DNA from: Armatimonadota bacterium
GTDB lineage: Bacteria > Armatimonadota > SYMT01
DNA: 64,000 bases
Assembly: GCA_041690135.1 (NCBI GenBank)
Contig: JAWLHY010000018.1
Span: 32,001-96,000 of the forward strand
Direction of reading: 5' to 3'
Part shown: positions 1 to 10,308 of the stretch, piece by piece
Layout of the letters: every line of letters begins with the position of its first letter
Position numbering within the stretch: position 1 is the first letter of the stretch
Notes under the pieces: generated by a model
What the model was told of the DNA's origin: nothing
Databases searched by the model: none
The model's input: only the letters and a program-made list of their open reading frames with translations
Position numbers and translations under genes: made by a program

Positions 1-2
1 TC

Positions 3-569
3 GGCCTGGTGCCGGCGGCGGTCAACATGCCCGATGGTCGCGCGTGGATGCCGGGCGATGTGGTGAACACCCGGAGCGGGAAGACGGTTGAGACGGTTAC
101 CACAGACGCCGAGGGCCGCATGCTGCTGGCGGACGCCCTGGATTACGCACGGGAGTTGAAGGCGGCGCGGGTAGTGGATATCGCCACTCTCACCGGCGCC
201 TGTGTGGTAGCCCTGGGCCATGTGGCCAGCGCACTCTACGGTACCGATGCGGACCTGGTGGAACTGCTCCGGGCTTGTGGTGAAGAGACAGGCGAGCGGC
301 ACTGGCCGATGCCGCTCTTCCCCGAATATGGGGAACTGAACCGCAGCGAGATCGCGGATCTGAAAAACAGCGGCGGGCGCACGGCGGGCTCGATTACGGC
401 CGCACACTTTCTGCGGGAGTTTGCCGGCGACACGCCGTGGGCCCACCTGGATATTGCCGGTACCAGCCAGCACGACAAGGGAAAACCGTGGGCTCCGGCG
501 GGGCCGTCCGGAACGGGCGTCGGGACGTTCATCCGCCTCGCGGAGATGCTGGCGCATGGGGATGGCTAG
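3..569 (+). CDS. pepA: Leucyl aminopeptidase (M17), C-terminal part, 5'-truncated by the window edge
   Basis: Motifs GKTVE..TDAEGRM-LAD, DIATLTGA and WAHLDIAG. The frame is open from the window start. Confidence 0.93.
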   Translation, partial: GLVPAAVNMPDGRAWMPGDVVNTRSGKTVETVTTDAEGRMLLADALDYARELKAARVVDIATLTGACVVALGHVASALYGTDADLVELLRACGEETGERHWPMPLFPEYGELNRSEIADLKNSGGRTAGSITAAHFLREFAGDTPWAHLDIAGTSQHDKGKPWAPAGPSGTGVGTFIRLAEMLAHGDG

Positions 570-786
570 CGGAAATACGCCAAAGGTTTGAGGCGGTTCC
601 TCTAAAAGAACGACGCTCCCACGCCGGTCGCAATGGCGAAATCCGGGCTCGAAGTGCCACCATATAGGAAGGAGTGCCGGTGAACCCCACGAGGTTCGTC
701 AACCCGGCATCCATCCGGATTGAACCGCACGAAAAGTCGATACCCTCCCCATTCAGGCTACCTCTCAGCCAGGCAACCGAGGCTTT

Positions 787-3342
787 GTGATGTTGGGCTC
801 GCCTCGTTCGGTGTGGCGACGGTACGGGCTCTCGGCCCTCCTATGTATCGGCGCTTGTAGCTTCACGGCTGGTTCCATCGGTGACGGGCCGCCGCGGCCG
901 CTCCTTTATTTCACTCTGGCGGCGGTGCTAAGTGCCTGGTTCGGTGGGTTTGGACCGGGTCTCTTGGTGACCTTTGTGGGCGCTGCGAGCAGCCTGGCAT
1001 TCTTTCGCGTGAGTGGCCTTCCGGCGCTTCCGGAGGCGGATGAGAACAGCCGTGTGCTGGTCTTCCTGCTGCTGTGCATTCCCCTGTGTTGGCTCATCGA
1101 TCGGTACCTCATCGCGCGTGCCGTGGCCGCCGAGACCGGGAAAGAATTGCGGGCTAATGAAGCGCGTTACCGCAAGATCGTCGACACCGCGGAAGAAGGA
1201 ATTCTCACGCTCGATCCTCTCGGCCAGATTGATTACGCCAACCCGCGTTTGTGCCGGATGTTGGGATGGAGCCTGGAAGACCTTCGGGGTCGTTCCATGC
1301 ACGTCTGCCTCTTTGTAGAAGATTATTCCCGCGTCGAATGGGATCTTGAGCAACTACTGAAAGGGGAAATGCGGCAGTTCGAAATTCGGCTCCGAACCAG
1401 CGCGGATGGCGCGGTGTGGACGCGCGTGTCGGCCAGTCCCCTCTCTGGTGATTCCGTAGTACCTACCGGTAGCCTGTGGATGGTCACGGACCTGACCGCG
1501 CAAAAGCAGCAGGAAGCGGAGCGGACGCTGCTACTAGCTCGGGAGCAATCAGCGCGCTCACAGGCCGAGGCGGCTACACGGCGCCTAGCGTTCCTAGCGG
1601 AAGCCACGACTCTGCTGTCGTCCTCGTTGGACTACAGTGTTACGCTGCAACAGATCGCCGACCTGGTGGTGCCGGAACTGGCCGACTGGTGTGTCGTGGA
1701 CGTGATCGACGAAGAAGGCAACATACGCCGCCTGGCGGTCGCGCATGCCGACTCCGAAGCCCGGGAGGACCTGCGCCTCCTGAAGGAATATGCACCCTGT
1801 TGGGATCGTGAAGAGGGGGTGGCGAGCGTCCTGCGCGAAGGTGTGCCGAAGTTGCATACCCGTGTATCCGACGACGTCCTCCTGCGGATCGCGCAAGACG
1901 AACGGCACGGAAGTCTGCTCCGGCGTTTAGGGCTTGGATCGATGGTAAGCGTGCCATTGATCGCTCGGTCCCGCATCCTGGGTGCGTTGACCCTGGTTTT
2001 CGGCCACTCCGAGCGTTCCTATGGTCTGGAAGACCTGGCGTTCGCGGAGGAACTCGCGGGCCGCGCCGGCCTCGCACTCGATAATGCACGCCATTACCGG
2101 GATGCCCACGAGGGGAGCCAGCGAAAGGACGAGTTCCTGGCGGTCCTGGCTCACGAACTGCGCAGTCCCCTGGCGGCTATTGCGAATGCCGCTTACCTGC
2201 TGGGGCATCGGGAAGGTGAGGGGCCGAAGTTGGGCCGCCTGCAAGAGATCATCGAACGGCAGGCGCAGCACCTGGCGCGCCTGGTGGAGGATCTGCTGGA
2301 TGTGTCGCGGATTGCGCAGGGTAAGGTTCATCTGTGCATGCAGCGGACGGACCTGGGATTGATCGTGCAGCGTGCGGCCGAGACGGTCCGCCCCCTTATC
2401 AACACGCGGAGTCACGCGTTCATATTGGAGGTGCCCGATGAGAACGTGTGGGTCAATGGCGATCCGATCCGGCTCACCCAGATCTTTTCAAACCTGATCA
2501 CCAACGCGGCAAAGTATACGGAGCCGGGAGGAAACATCCGTGTGTCGCTCGAGCTGGAAGGCCAGGAGATGCCAAGTGGTCCGCCGCAATCCTCGGCGGT
2601 AGTGCGGGTGCGGGACGACGGGGTCGGCCTTCCTCCAGAGTTGCAGGCCCAGGTATTTCAACCCTTCATTCAAGCAGCACGCGCGCCGGGGCGGGAACTG
2701 GGAGGTCTGGGCATCGGGCTGGCGTTGGTGCAGCATCTCGTGGAGCTGCATGGTGGTACGGTGGCGGTGACAAGTGAGGGCGAGGGACGCGGCTGCGAAT
2801 TCGTGGTTCAACTCCCGCTGCTGGAGCAGGCAGCGAAAGCACCGGCTTCCTCCGACGGTTTTCCATCTGCTGAAGCGGGCGCGCAGATGCGGATGCCGAA
2901 TGCGGGGGGCATTCGTGTTCTGGTTGTAGAGGACAATACCGATGCGGCGGAGACCCTGGTAGAGGTGCTGGTGCACTGGGGGGCCGAGGCGCAACAGGTT
3001 TCCACGGGAGCCGCGGCACTGAGAGTGGCGGCGGAATGGCGTCCAGACTTCGTGATTCTGGACCTGGGACTTCCCGACATCAACGGCTGTGAAGTTGCCC
3101 AGCGGTTGAAATCTGCGTCTCCGGCCGGCGTCGCGGAAGGAGACCGTGGCGATCAATTGGGTGCGGAAAGGAAGACCACTGCACAGACGCGTCCGATCAT
3201 GATCGCCCTGACCGGACAGGGTTCGGCGGAAGACCGACGGCGGGCGGAAGAAGCGGGCTTTACCGCCTTTCTCCTGAAACCAGCAGCGCCGGAAGAGCTG
3301 ATGGCACTACTGTTCTCCGGTGGACGACGCACCGCGGCCTGA
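787..3342 (+). CDS. Membrane hybrid sensor histidine kinase (TM/DUF4118-like, PAS, GAF, HisKA, HATPase, REC)
   Basis: N-terminal TM helices, H-box LAHELRSPL, N-box NLITNAAKYT, G-box GLGIGL, receiver VEDN..D..LDLGLP..LLKP. Confidence 0.92.
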   Translation: MMLGSPRSVWRRYGLSALLCIGACSFTAGSIGDGPPRPLLYFTLAAVLSAWFGGFGPGLLVTFVGAASSLAFFRVSGLPALPEADENSRVLVFLLLCIPLCWLIDRYLIARAVAAETGKELRANEARYRKIVDTAEEGILTLDPLGQIDYANPRLCRMLGWSLEDLRGRSMHVCLFVEDYSRVEWDLEQLLKGEMRQFEIRLRTSADGAVWTRVSASPLSGDSVVPTGSLWMVTDLTAQKQQEAERTLLLAREQSARSQAEAATRRLAFLAEATTLLSSSLDYSVTLQQIADLVVPELADWCVVDVIDEEGNIRRLAVAHADSEAREDLRLLKEYAPCWDREEGVASVLREGVPKLHTRVSDDVLLRIAQDERHGSLLRRLGLGSMVSVPLIARSRILGALTLVFGHSERSYGLEDLAFAEELAGRAGLALDNARHYRDAHEGSQRKDEFLAVLAHELRSPLAAIANAAYLLGHREGEGPKLGRLQEIIERQAQHLARLVEDLLDVSRIAQGKVHLCMQRTDLGLIVQRAAETVRPLINTRSHAFILEVPDENVWVNGDPIRLTQIFSNLITNAAKYTEPGGNIRVSLELEGQEMPSGPPQSSAVVRVRDDGVGLPPELQAQVFQPFIQAARAPGRELGGLGIGLALVQHLVELHGGTVAVTSEGEGRGCEFVVQLPLLEQAAKAPASSDGFPSAEAGAQMRMPNAGGIRVLVVEDNTDAAETLVEVLVHWGAEAQQVSTGAAALRVAAEWRPDFVILDLGLPDINGCEVAQRLKSASPAGVAEGDRGDQLGAERKTTAQTRPIMIALTGQGSAEDRRRAEEAGFTAFLLKPAAPEELMALLFSGGRRTAA

Positions 3343-3372
3343 AGGTGAGGGTGGGTTATTGATGCGACCACC

Positions 3373-4611
3373 TCATCGCCGGCCGTGCCGTTGGATGTGC
3401 CGCCAGCCTCGCCAGGGCCGAACTTTCCGTTTGCGGTGCCGTCGCCGGTAGTGAAACGCCAGCAGGACTCTTTCCGCGTAACTTGGGTGCGTGTCGAACA
3501 GCACGTGCGTTAAACCGTGCCCGTGGCTTTCCTCCAGGTTGAGCCGGCGCAATTTGCGCATGACCGACAGATAGCTGTGAACATCGCCGGTCACCGCCAG
3601 AGCGTATTCATCGGCATCGCGTTCGTCACGGCGAGCTTCCGCGCACAGTAAGGGATTCAGCACGTTGGCCAGCACGATGGTGGCGGCGGCGAGGAGAGGA
3701 AACCCCGCCAGGTCCTGTACTCCCCGTAGTCCCAGGTTCGGTGCGATCACATGCAGTGCGAGGAAGCTGGAAACGCCTGCTAACAACTGTACCGATCCCC
3801 ACGCCAGCTTGCGGTGGGCTTGCGCCACCCCGGCCCGCGTACGTGCCTCCAGGTGGAGGTGGTCGTACAGGTGGCCGAATTCGTGCGCCATCACGACCCG
3901 CTCTTCACCGTCGGTAAATTCATCGATCAGGGTATCCGTCACGTAAATGGCGGTCCGTTCGCCCCGGAGCCGGATGCTGGCATTGACCCGGCGCGTGCGG
4001 TGGCTCACCTTCACCTGATAGACGGGTAGTGTCTTCTTACCTACCCCCGGGAGCGAGAACGTCTCGTGGCGCAGGAAAGTTACCGGGTAGAAGCAGTTGA
4101 GGAGCGGGTAGTAGACGTACTCGTAGAACCAGCCCCGCAGCAGCACGAAGGCCACGCACCAAGGCACGATCAGGTACTTCCACCAGGGAAGCGTCTCCAC
4201 GACAGGAAGGAGCATGCAGATCGTGGCGACACCGAAGACCGCCGAGCGACAGAGCCACTCCCACAGCCAGACATGGAGCTTTTGCCCCGTGAGGCCGTAC
4301 CGGCGCTCCAGCCAGTGCTCGTTCGCGAGATGAGCCGGGAACAGGACGAGACGCGTTACGAAGCCGATGAGGAGCAGGTAGCTGAGGTCACCCAGCCAGT
4401 TCGGCAGACCGGGGACATGGGTCGCAGCGAGGAACTTCTGGGCCAGCCCGGAAAACGTCAGATACCCCAGCGTGCCCACCAGTAGGAAGAACTCGGCGGC
4501 GTTGGCTGCCAGCTTGGCCCTGGCGTAACTCCGGCATCTCTCCTCTTCGGATGGCGCCAGTTCGATGGAATGTTTGACCGCCTGCGCTTGATCCATTTGC
4601 CTGCTGGCCAC
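3373..4611 (-). CDS. M48 family (Ste24/HtpX-like) membrane zinc metalloprotease
   Basis: Several TM helices, HEFGH (HExxH), E.DAD.YA and THPS..ER motifs. Confidence 0.88.
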   Translation of the reverse strand: MASRQMDQAQAVKHSIELAPSEEERCRSYARAKLAANAAEFFLLVGTLGYLTFSGLAQKFLAATHVPGLPNWLGDLSYLLLIGFVTRLVLFPAHLANEHWLERRYGLTGQKLHVWLWEWLCRSAVFGVATICMLLPVVETLPWWKYLIVPWCVAFVLLRGWFYEYVYYPLLNCFYPVTFLRHETFSLPGVGKKTLPVYQVKVSHRTRRVNASIRLRGERTAIYVTDTLIDEFTDGEERVVMAHEFGHLYDHLHLEARTRAGVAQAHRKLAWGSVQLLAGVSSFLALHVIAPNLGLRGVQDLAGFPLLAAATIVLANVLNPLLCAEARRDERDADEYALAVTGDVHSYLSVMRKLRRLNLEESHGHGLTHVLFDTHPSYAERVLLAFHYRRRHRKRKVRPWRGWRHIQRHGRR

Positions 4612-4738
4612 TCTCCCGCATACCGTGCGGGCTCCGCACGTGAACAGTATAATACGCGCTTGGGTTTGGCGCCAGAGCGGGTGTCGGCGCCATCACAAAA
4701 CGAGGGTCGCCGTCGGATCTGTCCCCGTCCCGCGAATG

Positions 4739-4773
4739 AAAAAGGGGTGCCGGAGAGAGCTCCGGCACCCCTT
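4739..4773 (-). terminator. Rho-independent terminator downstream of the 1764-aa surface protein
   Basis: 14-bp stem aaggggtgccggag/ctccggcacccctt with an A-run on + (U-tract on -). Confidence 0.8.
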
Positions 4774-4818
4774 CGTTATGTCCGTTCCCGGCCATCGTGG
4801 CCGGGGGGACTGATTGAT

Positions 4819-7800
4819 CTAGCGAGCAATCGAGAGCACAGCACTCCGGCTGGCGCCGCCGGTGCTCGCGGTGATGGTCACCTGGAGCGGTGTGCGAGTC
4901 TTCTTCGTCTTGATCTGGAAGCGCACTGACGAGCCCCCAGCACCGACGCGCACGTTCTTCGGAAACACCACCGACTTCGGCTGGTCCGCGGACAGATCGA
5001 TGGCCAGTCCATTCTTCGGCGCGGGACCGCTAAGCGTTACCACGGCCCAGACTGGTTTTCCGCCCTTCGTCCGCGGGCTCGCCAACTCCACACCCCGCTT
5101 GTTGGTGAACTTGAGCGACAGGATCGTGATCTGGGTCGTCGCCGAAGCAGTGTTCGAGAATGCCGAAGGACCGCTGCTGTTGTACGCCCTCACCCGGAAC
5201 TGGAACGTCTTGTTCGCCAGCAGGTTCGAGTAGACGTGACTGGTGGCACCCGCACCCAGAGTTGCTTCCTTGGAGAACTCATTGGAGTCGGGACCTTGAA
5301 CCCACACTTCGAAGCCTGCTGCTCCGCGCGTGACGCTCCAGGTGAGCCGGATGCTTCCGCTGGAAACTGCCTCCGCCTGGAGATTCAACGGCGCGGCCGG
5401 GAAGGTGAGCGCGTTGGCATTATTGGAGTACCCGGAATTGCCGCCGTTGTTATAGGCGCGCACCCGGAAGTAATAACGCTTGTTCGCTTCCAGCCCGCTT
5501 GCCGTGTAGCTGGTCGTGTTGGCCGCAACTCCACCGAAGATCTCGTTGAAGGTGAACCCGTCTTCCGACCGCTCTACGCGGAATCCGCTTTCGTTGTTCG
5601 CGCTATCGGTCCAGCTCAACGCGATCGTGCTAGCATCCACCGGTACCGCGGTGAGCCCTGTCGGTCCCGAAGGCGCAGCCGGGAAGGTGGTGGCGGTCGC
5701 GATGTTGGAGGCAGCGGATTCGCCACCCGCGTTGACCGCGATCACCCGGTAGTAGGCCGTCGTGTTGAGTGAAAGCGCGGTGTCCTGATAGGTGGTCTGG
5801 CCGGCACCGGTCGTCGCCAACTGGAAGAAGGGACCCACCTGCGAAGAGCTGCGCTCAACGCGGAAGCCCGTCTCGTTGTTGCTGTTGTCTGCCCAGCTCA
5901 GATTGATCTGCGTCTGGGAAACGGCGACGGCGGTCAATCCGCTCGGCGCCGCCGGCGGATCGGGCAGCGTTACAGCAGTCGACTCGTTGGACGCGTTCGA
6001 GTTCAGTACCGCGCCCTTCGCATAAACGCGATAGGTGTAGCTGGTGTTGCCCGCCAGCCCGGCGTCCTCGTACGTCTGCACGTCCGGACCCACGGCGTCG
6101 GTCACCAAAGTGTACGACCCGGCGCCCGTCTTCCGCTCGATGCGGAACCCGGTCTCGGTGGTGCTCGTGTCCGTCCAGAGCAACCGCACGGACCGGTTGC
6201 TCAGGGCGGTGGTGCTCAGGCTCGCGGGAGCCGCGGGAGCCGTGGTGGCGCTGGCGGTGTTGGAGTATTCCGAGTTACCGCCCTGGTTGGTGGCGAATAC
6301 TCGATAGGTATAGGTCGTGTCGGCGGCCAGCCCGAGGTCCGTCAGGGAAACCTGGTTGGTCCCGACCCGACTCACTACCGCGAAGTCCGTCCCGTTGGTA
6401 GACCGCTCGATCACAAACTCGGTCTCGTTGAGGGACTGGTCCGACCAGGCGAGAGTGATTTCATTCTGGCGGGTAAGAGTGGCGGTAAGCCCCACGGGCG
6501 GTGTCGGCGCCAACGGCAGTGTGCTGTCCGACCTCTGCGGCGTGTAGGCTGAGTCGCCGCCGCCATTGAACGCCTTCACCCGATAGAAGTAGGTTTTCGC
6601 GGGCATGAGGCCCGTGTGGACGAACTGTTCGCTATCCGGACCCAGGTTCGGAGTAATGGGAGTGAAGGCGTTACCGTCCTCCGACCACTCCACCGTGAAG
6701 CCATCTTCGTTGTTGGCGTTGTCGGTCCAGCGCAGGGTCAGGGACGTCTGCGTCTTCGCGACGATCCGCAGCAGGCTCGGGGCCGCCGGAGGATTGGGCT
6801 TGGTGGTGGCGCTTTCGACCGGCGTTGCCCCGGAGTCACCCCCCGCGTTGAACGCGACTACCCGATAGTAGTAGGTCTTTGCGGCCTCCAGCGTCCCATC
6901 CGCGTAGACAACGGTTGCTCCGGAGCCGGTCACGAACCCGACTGTGGCAATCGAGGTGAAGACCGCGCCGTCCGCGGACCGCTCAATGCGGAACCCGTCT
7001 TCATTGTCACTGCCGTCGGTCCACTCCAGTTGGATGGAAGTCTGGGACAGTACCGTCAGGTTGAGCGCCGAAGGATCCGCGGGGGGATCGGGAAGCGTGA
7101 ACGCACTGGCCTCGTCGGAGAAACCGGAAGGCCCGCCGCTGTTGGAAGCGTAGACGCGGTAGGTGTACAGGGTCTCGGGTTGGAGCCCGCTGTCGGTGTA
7201 CTGCTCTGCTCCCGGCGCAAGCGAAACGATGTCGGCGAAGGCGATGCCATCGTCACTTCGCTGAACCCACACTTCCGTCTCATTCGTGCTGTTGAGCGTC
7301 CAGGTCAGTGACACCTGCCGACCCTGCAGCGCGACCGCCTGCAAATCCGAAGGAGGTGCCGGCGGGTTGTCCAGCGTGGTACCGGACGCAGCGGGATCGG
7401 AGGGCGCACCGTCGCCACCCGCGTTGGTGCCGTATACGCGGTAGTAATAGGTGGTGAACGTCGCAAGCCCCGAGTCGAGGAAACTTACTGTCGAACCGGT
7501 CCCGGGCACCGAAGCGACGACGCCCGCGGGCGTGAAGACGGAGTTGTCCAGCGACCGCTCGATGCGGAATTCGGCTTCGTTGTCGCTGGTGTCGGTCCAC
7601 TCCACCCGGAGTTCGCTTTTTGAAACCGGCGTCACCGCGACGTTGGTGGGTGCGGTCGGGGGAAGCGGCGGCGTGGTGACCTCGACCGCATTCGAGAAGG
7701 CAGAGCCGCCCACCGCGTTGCGACTGCGGATGCGGTAGATGTAGGTCGTATTCGGGGTTACGGGCGCATCGAGGTAGCTGTTGGTGTTGGCGCCAATGTT

Positions 7801-10113
7801 CGCGCCCAGATCGGCAAATGCCTGGCCCGCGGTGCGACGCTCGAGGACGAAGTCCACCTCGTTGTCGCTGTTGTCGGACCAGGAGAGATCCACTTCGGTG
7901 GGCGAGAGCGCGATTGCCACCAGATCGCTGGGGGCCGCAGGCGGGCTGATCAGGCGTGCGACGAAGCTATCCGAAGTGCCGCCGAGCGTTCCGTCCAGCG
8001 GCAAAATGAGCGGGAAGTTGGCCGAGGTGGTCCGGCCTACCACGTAGGCACGACCCAGCCCGTCCACCGCAATACCCGTCCCGGCATCGTCGCCTGCTCC
8101 TCCGTAGTAGGTGGAGTACTCGAGCCCGGTGCCGCCCACGTTGAACTTTGTTACGAACGCATCGACGCCGCCGAACGGGCTGGTGCGGATCGCCTGCTCC
8201 ACCGGGAAGTTGGTGGAAGTTGTCGAGCCGGTGACGTAGGCCAGGAACGAGTTGTTGCCGGTGACACTGACGGCCACGCGGTTGGCGATATCGTCACCAT
8301 CGCCGCCCAGGTAGGAACAGTAGGTCTTGGCGGTTCCGGTGGAGTTGATCTTCGCGATGAAGCCGTCCGAAATGCCGCCGTTCCAGATCTCGTCAAAAGC
8401 GCCGGGAGTCGTTGGAAAATCGGTGGAAGTCGTGTAGCCGGTGACATAGGCGTTGCCGGAGTCGTCCAGGGCGATGCCGGTGCCGGTGTTCTCGCCGCTA
8501 CCCCCGAGGTAGCTGGAGTAGACGAGCTGGGAGGCAACAGGGTTGAACTTGGCGACAAAAGCGTCCGTGCTGCCCTGGTTGTCGGGTTGGAATGCTCCGG
8601 CGGTAATCGGGAAGTTGTTTGCCCGCGTAATACCCGTGATTGCGACATTCCCGATGGGATCGACGGCTACCGCGTTGCCGCGGTCCTCGCCGAGGCCGCC
8701 GAGGTATGTGCTGTAGACCAGCCCCGTACCCTCGGTATTGATCCGGGTCAGGAAAGCATCCAACGTGGCGCCGTTATCCGCATGCGCACCCTGGAAGGCA
8801 TTCTTGGTATTGAAGTCGGTGGAAGTCGTTTCACCGACGATGTAGCTGCTGCCAGTTGCGTCTACGGCGATACCGTTGCCGCCATCCTGTCCGCGGCCGC
8901 CGAGATAGGTGGACCAGAGGAGGGTATTACCGGCCGGGTTCAGCTTGAAAACGAACGCATCGCCGCTGCCGGCATTGTTCACCTGGATGGGCTGGACGAC
9001 GGGAAGATTCGTGGACGTGGTGTAACCAGTCACGTACACGTTGCGAGAGCCGTCGATAGCCAGGCCGCCATAGTTGGCACCGGATCCGTCCCGGTTCTCT
9101 TCCCCATTCCCGCCGAAGTAGGTGGAGAACACCACCCCGGAGCCCGTTGGGTTGAGCTTGTAGACGAAGGCGTCGTAACCGGTATTGTTGCCGGTCCCGC
9201 CCGGAGCGCCGGCTACCGGGAAGTCGTTGGAAAGGGTGAGCCCCGTAATGTACGGGTTGCCGTCCGCGTCGACCACCACGTCGGTCGTGAACTCTTCGCC
9301 GCTCCCGCCGAAGTAGGTGGAATAGTTAACGACGGGGTCGATTACCAGCTCGCGGCTCGGGTCATAGGCACCCAGCCGGAAAGTTACCTGGTTATCGGCC
9401 AGCAGCTGGTAGTCACCCTGGATCGCATGCTTGCGCCCACCTCGCACCTGGTAGACATAGGGTTTTTCCTGCTTGACGACGTCCGCTCCGGTATGGAGTT
9501 CCAGGCTGCCGTCGCCGCCCAGGGCCAGGCGGTCTACGCCGCTGTAGGAGAGACGAATGGCGTGCGGGTCGGCCTTGGGCGCCACAACGAAGTCATATTC
9601 CAGCCGGTTCTGGTTGCCGTAGTAGACGAGGTCCACGCCGGGATAGACCGCGTCGTAGCGCACCTTGCCGAACTGCGGAACGTCCGTCTTCCACTGTGAT
9701 GGATCATTGCCGAGGAAGTAGTTGCTCTTGCCGGGCAGCGGCTCGACCCCGCGGGAACGCGGCGAAGGCGCCGCGCCGACAAGCTTCATCCGCACGATGG
9801 CGGAGTTGGCCTTCTTCCGCGATTGCGTTTGCGGCTTGCTCAGGGCGAGCACCGCCTCGTTGGAGGTGAGATACAGCCCGTATCCTTCGCCCCGGGCCGT
9901 AAAGCGCACATCGGCGTCTGTCTGGCCATGGTTGGGCTCGAAAGCCATCGGGAGCCTCTGGTAGGCTTCCCTGACGGCCGTTTCAGTCCCCTCTGCCTTC
10001 TCCCGCGTTGCCTGGCGCAACTGCCCGGAGAACGTGCAGATCAGACCCAGCCCGGCAGCCGCCATGGCGCCGAACCAACGGGTAGTCGTCTTCGCGCTCA
10101 TCCTGATGCTCAT
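4819..10113 (-). CDS. Large secreted protein: N-terminal domain, SBBP beta-propeller repeats, about 10 fibronectin-III domains, basic Ig-like C-terminal domain
   Basis: Signal-like N-terminus, FEPNHGQTD and VIDPVVNYSTYFGG, repeated YSTYLGG..D.G..IAVD..GNAYVTG.T.S.DFP, ten PxAPxxL..WxDNSxNE..F.IERS..Y.YRV.A.N units counted by eye. Confidence 0.9.
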   Translation of the reverse strand: MSIRMSAKTTTRWFGAMAAAGLGLICTFSGQLRQATREKAEGTETAVREAYQRLPMAFEPNHGQTDADVRFTARGEGYGLYLTSNEAVLALSKPQTQSRKKANSAIVRMKLVGAAPSPRSRGVEPLPGKSNYFLGNDPSQWKTDVPQFGKVRYDAVYPGVDLVYYGNQNRLEYDFVVAPKADPHAIRLSYSGVDRLALGGDGSLELHTGADVVKQEKPYVYQVRGGRKHAIQGDYQLLADNQVTFRLGAYDPSRELVIDPVVNYSTYFGGSGEEFTTDVVVDADGNPYITGLTLSNDFPVAGAPGGTGNNTGYDAFVYKLNPTGSGVVFSTYFGGNGEENRDGSGANYGGLAIDGSRNVYVTGYTTSTNLPVVQPIQVNNAGSGDAFVFKLNPAGNTLLWSTYLGGRGQDGGNGIAVDATGSSYIVGETTSTDFNTKNAFQGAHADNGATLDAFLTRINTEGTGLVYSTYLGGLGEDRGNAVAVDPIGNVAITGITRANNFPITAGAFQPDNQGSTDAFVAKFNPVASQLVYSSYLGGSGENTGTGIALDDSGNAYVTGYTTSTDFPTTPGAFDEIWNGGISDGFIAKINSTGTAKTYCSYLGGDGDDIANRVAVSVTGNNSFLAYVTGSTTSTNFPVEQAIRTSPFGGVDAFVTKFNVGGTGLEYSTYYGGAGDDAGTGIAVDGLGRAYVVGRTTSANFPLILPLDGTLGGTSDSFVARLISPPAAPSDLVAIALSPTEVDLSWSDNSDNEVDFVLERRTAGQAFADLGANIGANTNSYLDAPVTPNTTYIYRIRSRNAVGGSAFSNAVEVTTPPLPPTAPTNVAVTPVSKSELRVEWTDTSDNEAEFRIERSLDNSVFTPAGVVASVPGTGSTVSFLDSGLATFTTYYYRVYGTNAGGDGAPSDPAASGTTLDNPPAPPSDLQAVALQGRQVSLTWTLNSTNETEVWVQRSDDGIAFADIVSLAPGAEQYTDSGLQPETLYTYRVYASNSGGPSGFSDEASAFTLPDPPADPSALNLTVLSQTSIQLEWTDGSDNEDGFRIERSADGAVFTSIATVGFVTGSGATVVYADGTLEAAKTYYYRVVAFNAGGDSGATPVESATTKPNPPAAPSLLRIVAKTQTSLTLRWTDNANNEDGFTVEWSEDGNAFTPITPNLGPDSEQFVHTGLMPAKTYFYRVKAFNGGGDSAYTPQRSDSTLPLAPTPPVGLTATLTRQNEITLAWSDQSLNETEFVIERSTNGTDFAVVSRVGTNQVSLTDLGLAADTTYTYRVFATNQGGNSEYSNTASATTAPAAPASLSTTALSNRSVRLLWTDTSTTETGFRIERKTGAGSYTLVTDAVGPDVQTYEDAGLAGNTSYTYRVYAKGAVLNSNASNESTAVTLPDPPAAPSGLTAVAVSQTQINLSWADNSNNETGFRVERSSSQVGPFFQLATTGAGQTTYQDTALSLNTTAYYRVIAVNAGGESAASNIATATTFPAAPSGPTGLTAVPVDASTIALSWTDSANNESGFRVERSEDGFTFNEIFGGVAANTTSYTASGLEANKRYYFRVRAYNNGGNSGYSNNANALTFPAAPLNLQAEAVSSGSIRLTWSVTRGAAGFEVWVQGPDSNEFSKEATLGAGATSHVYSNLLANKTFQFRVRAYNSSGPSAFSNTASATTQITILSLKFTNKRGVELASPRTKGGKPVWAVVTLSGPAPKNGLAIDLSADQPKSVVFPKNVRVGAGGSSVRFQIKTKKTRTPLQVTITASTGGASRSAVLSIAR

Positions 10114-10246
10114 AGAGTCACTACTTCTTCTAAAGGTCTAATCCGTCCGGGCCGGAGCCGCGGGCTGCAGGTTGATTAGTCTTCTATGGATCGTTTTCCT
10201 GCCCCAGTTCCGCTCGAATGCTGGCTTGAGTGAAAAGGGGGAGGCG

Positions 10247-10278
10247 GGGAAGCCGGTAGCCAGGGCTGCCGGCTTCCC
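10247..10278 (-). terminator. Stem-loop between the two surface-protein genes (terminator or processing site)
   Basis: gggaagccggtagc-cagg-gctgccggcttccc inverted repeat; the U-tract is weak and offset. Confidence 0.55.
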
Positions 10279-10308
10279 GAGATTGGGTGCTTCTCGATTC
10301 CGGACGGC

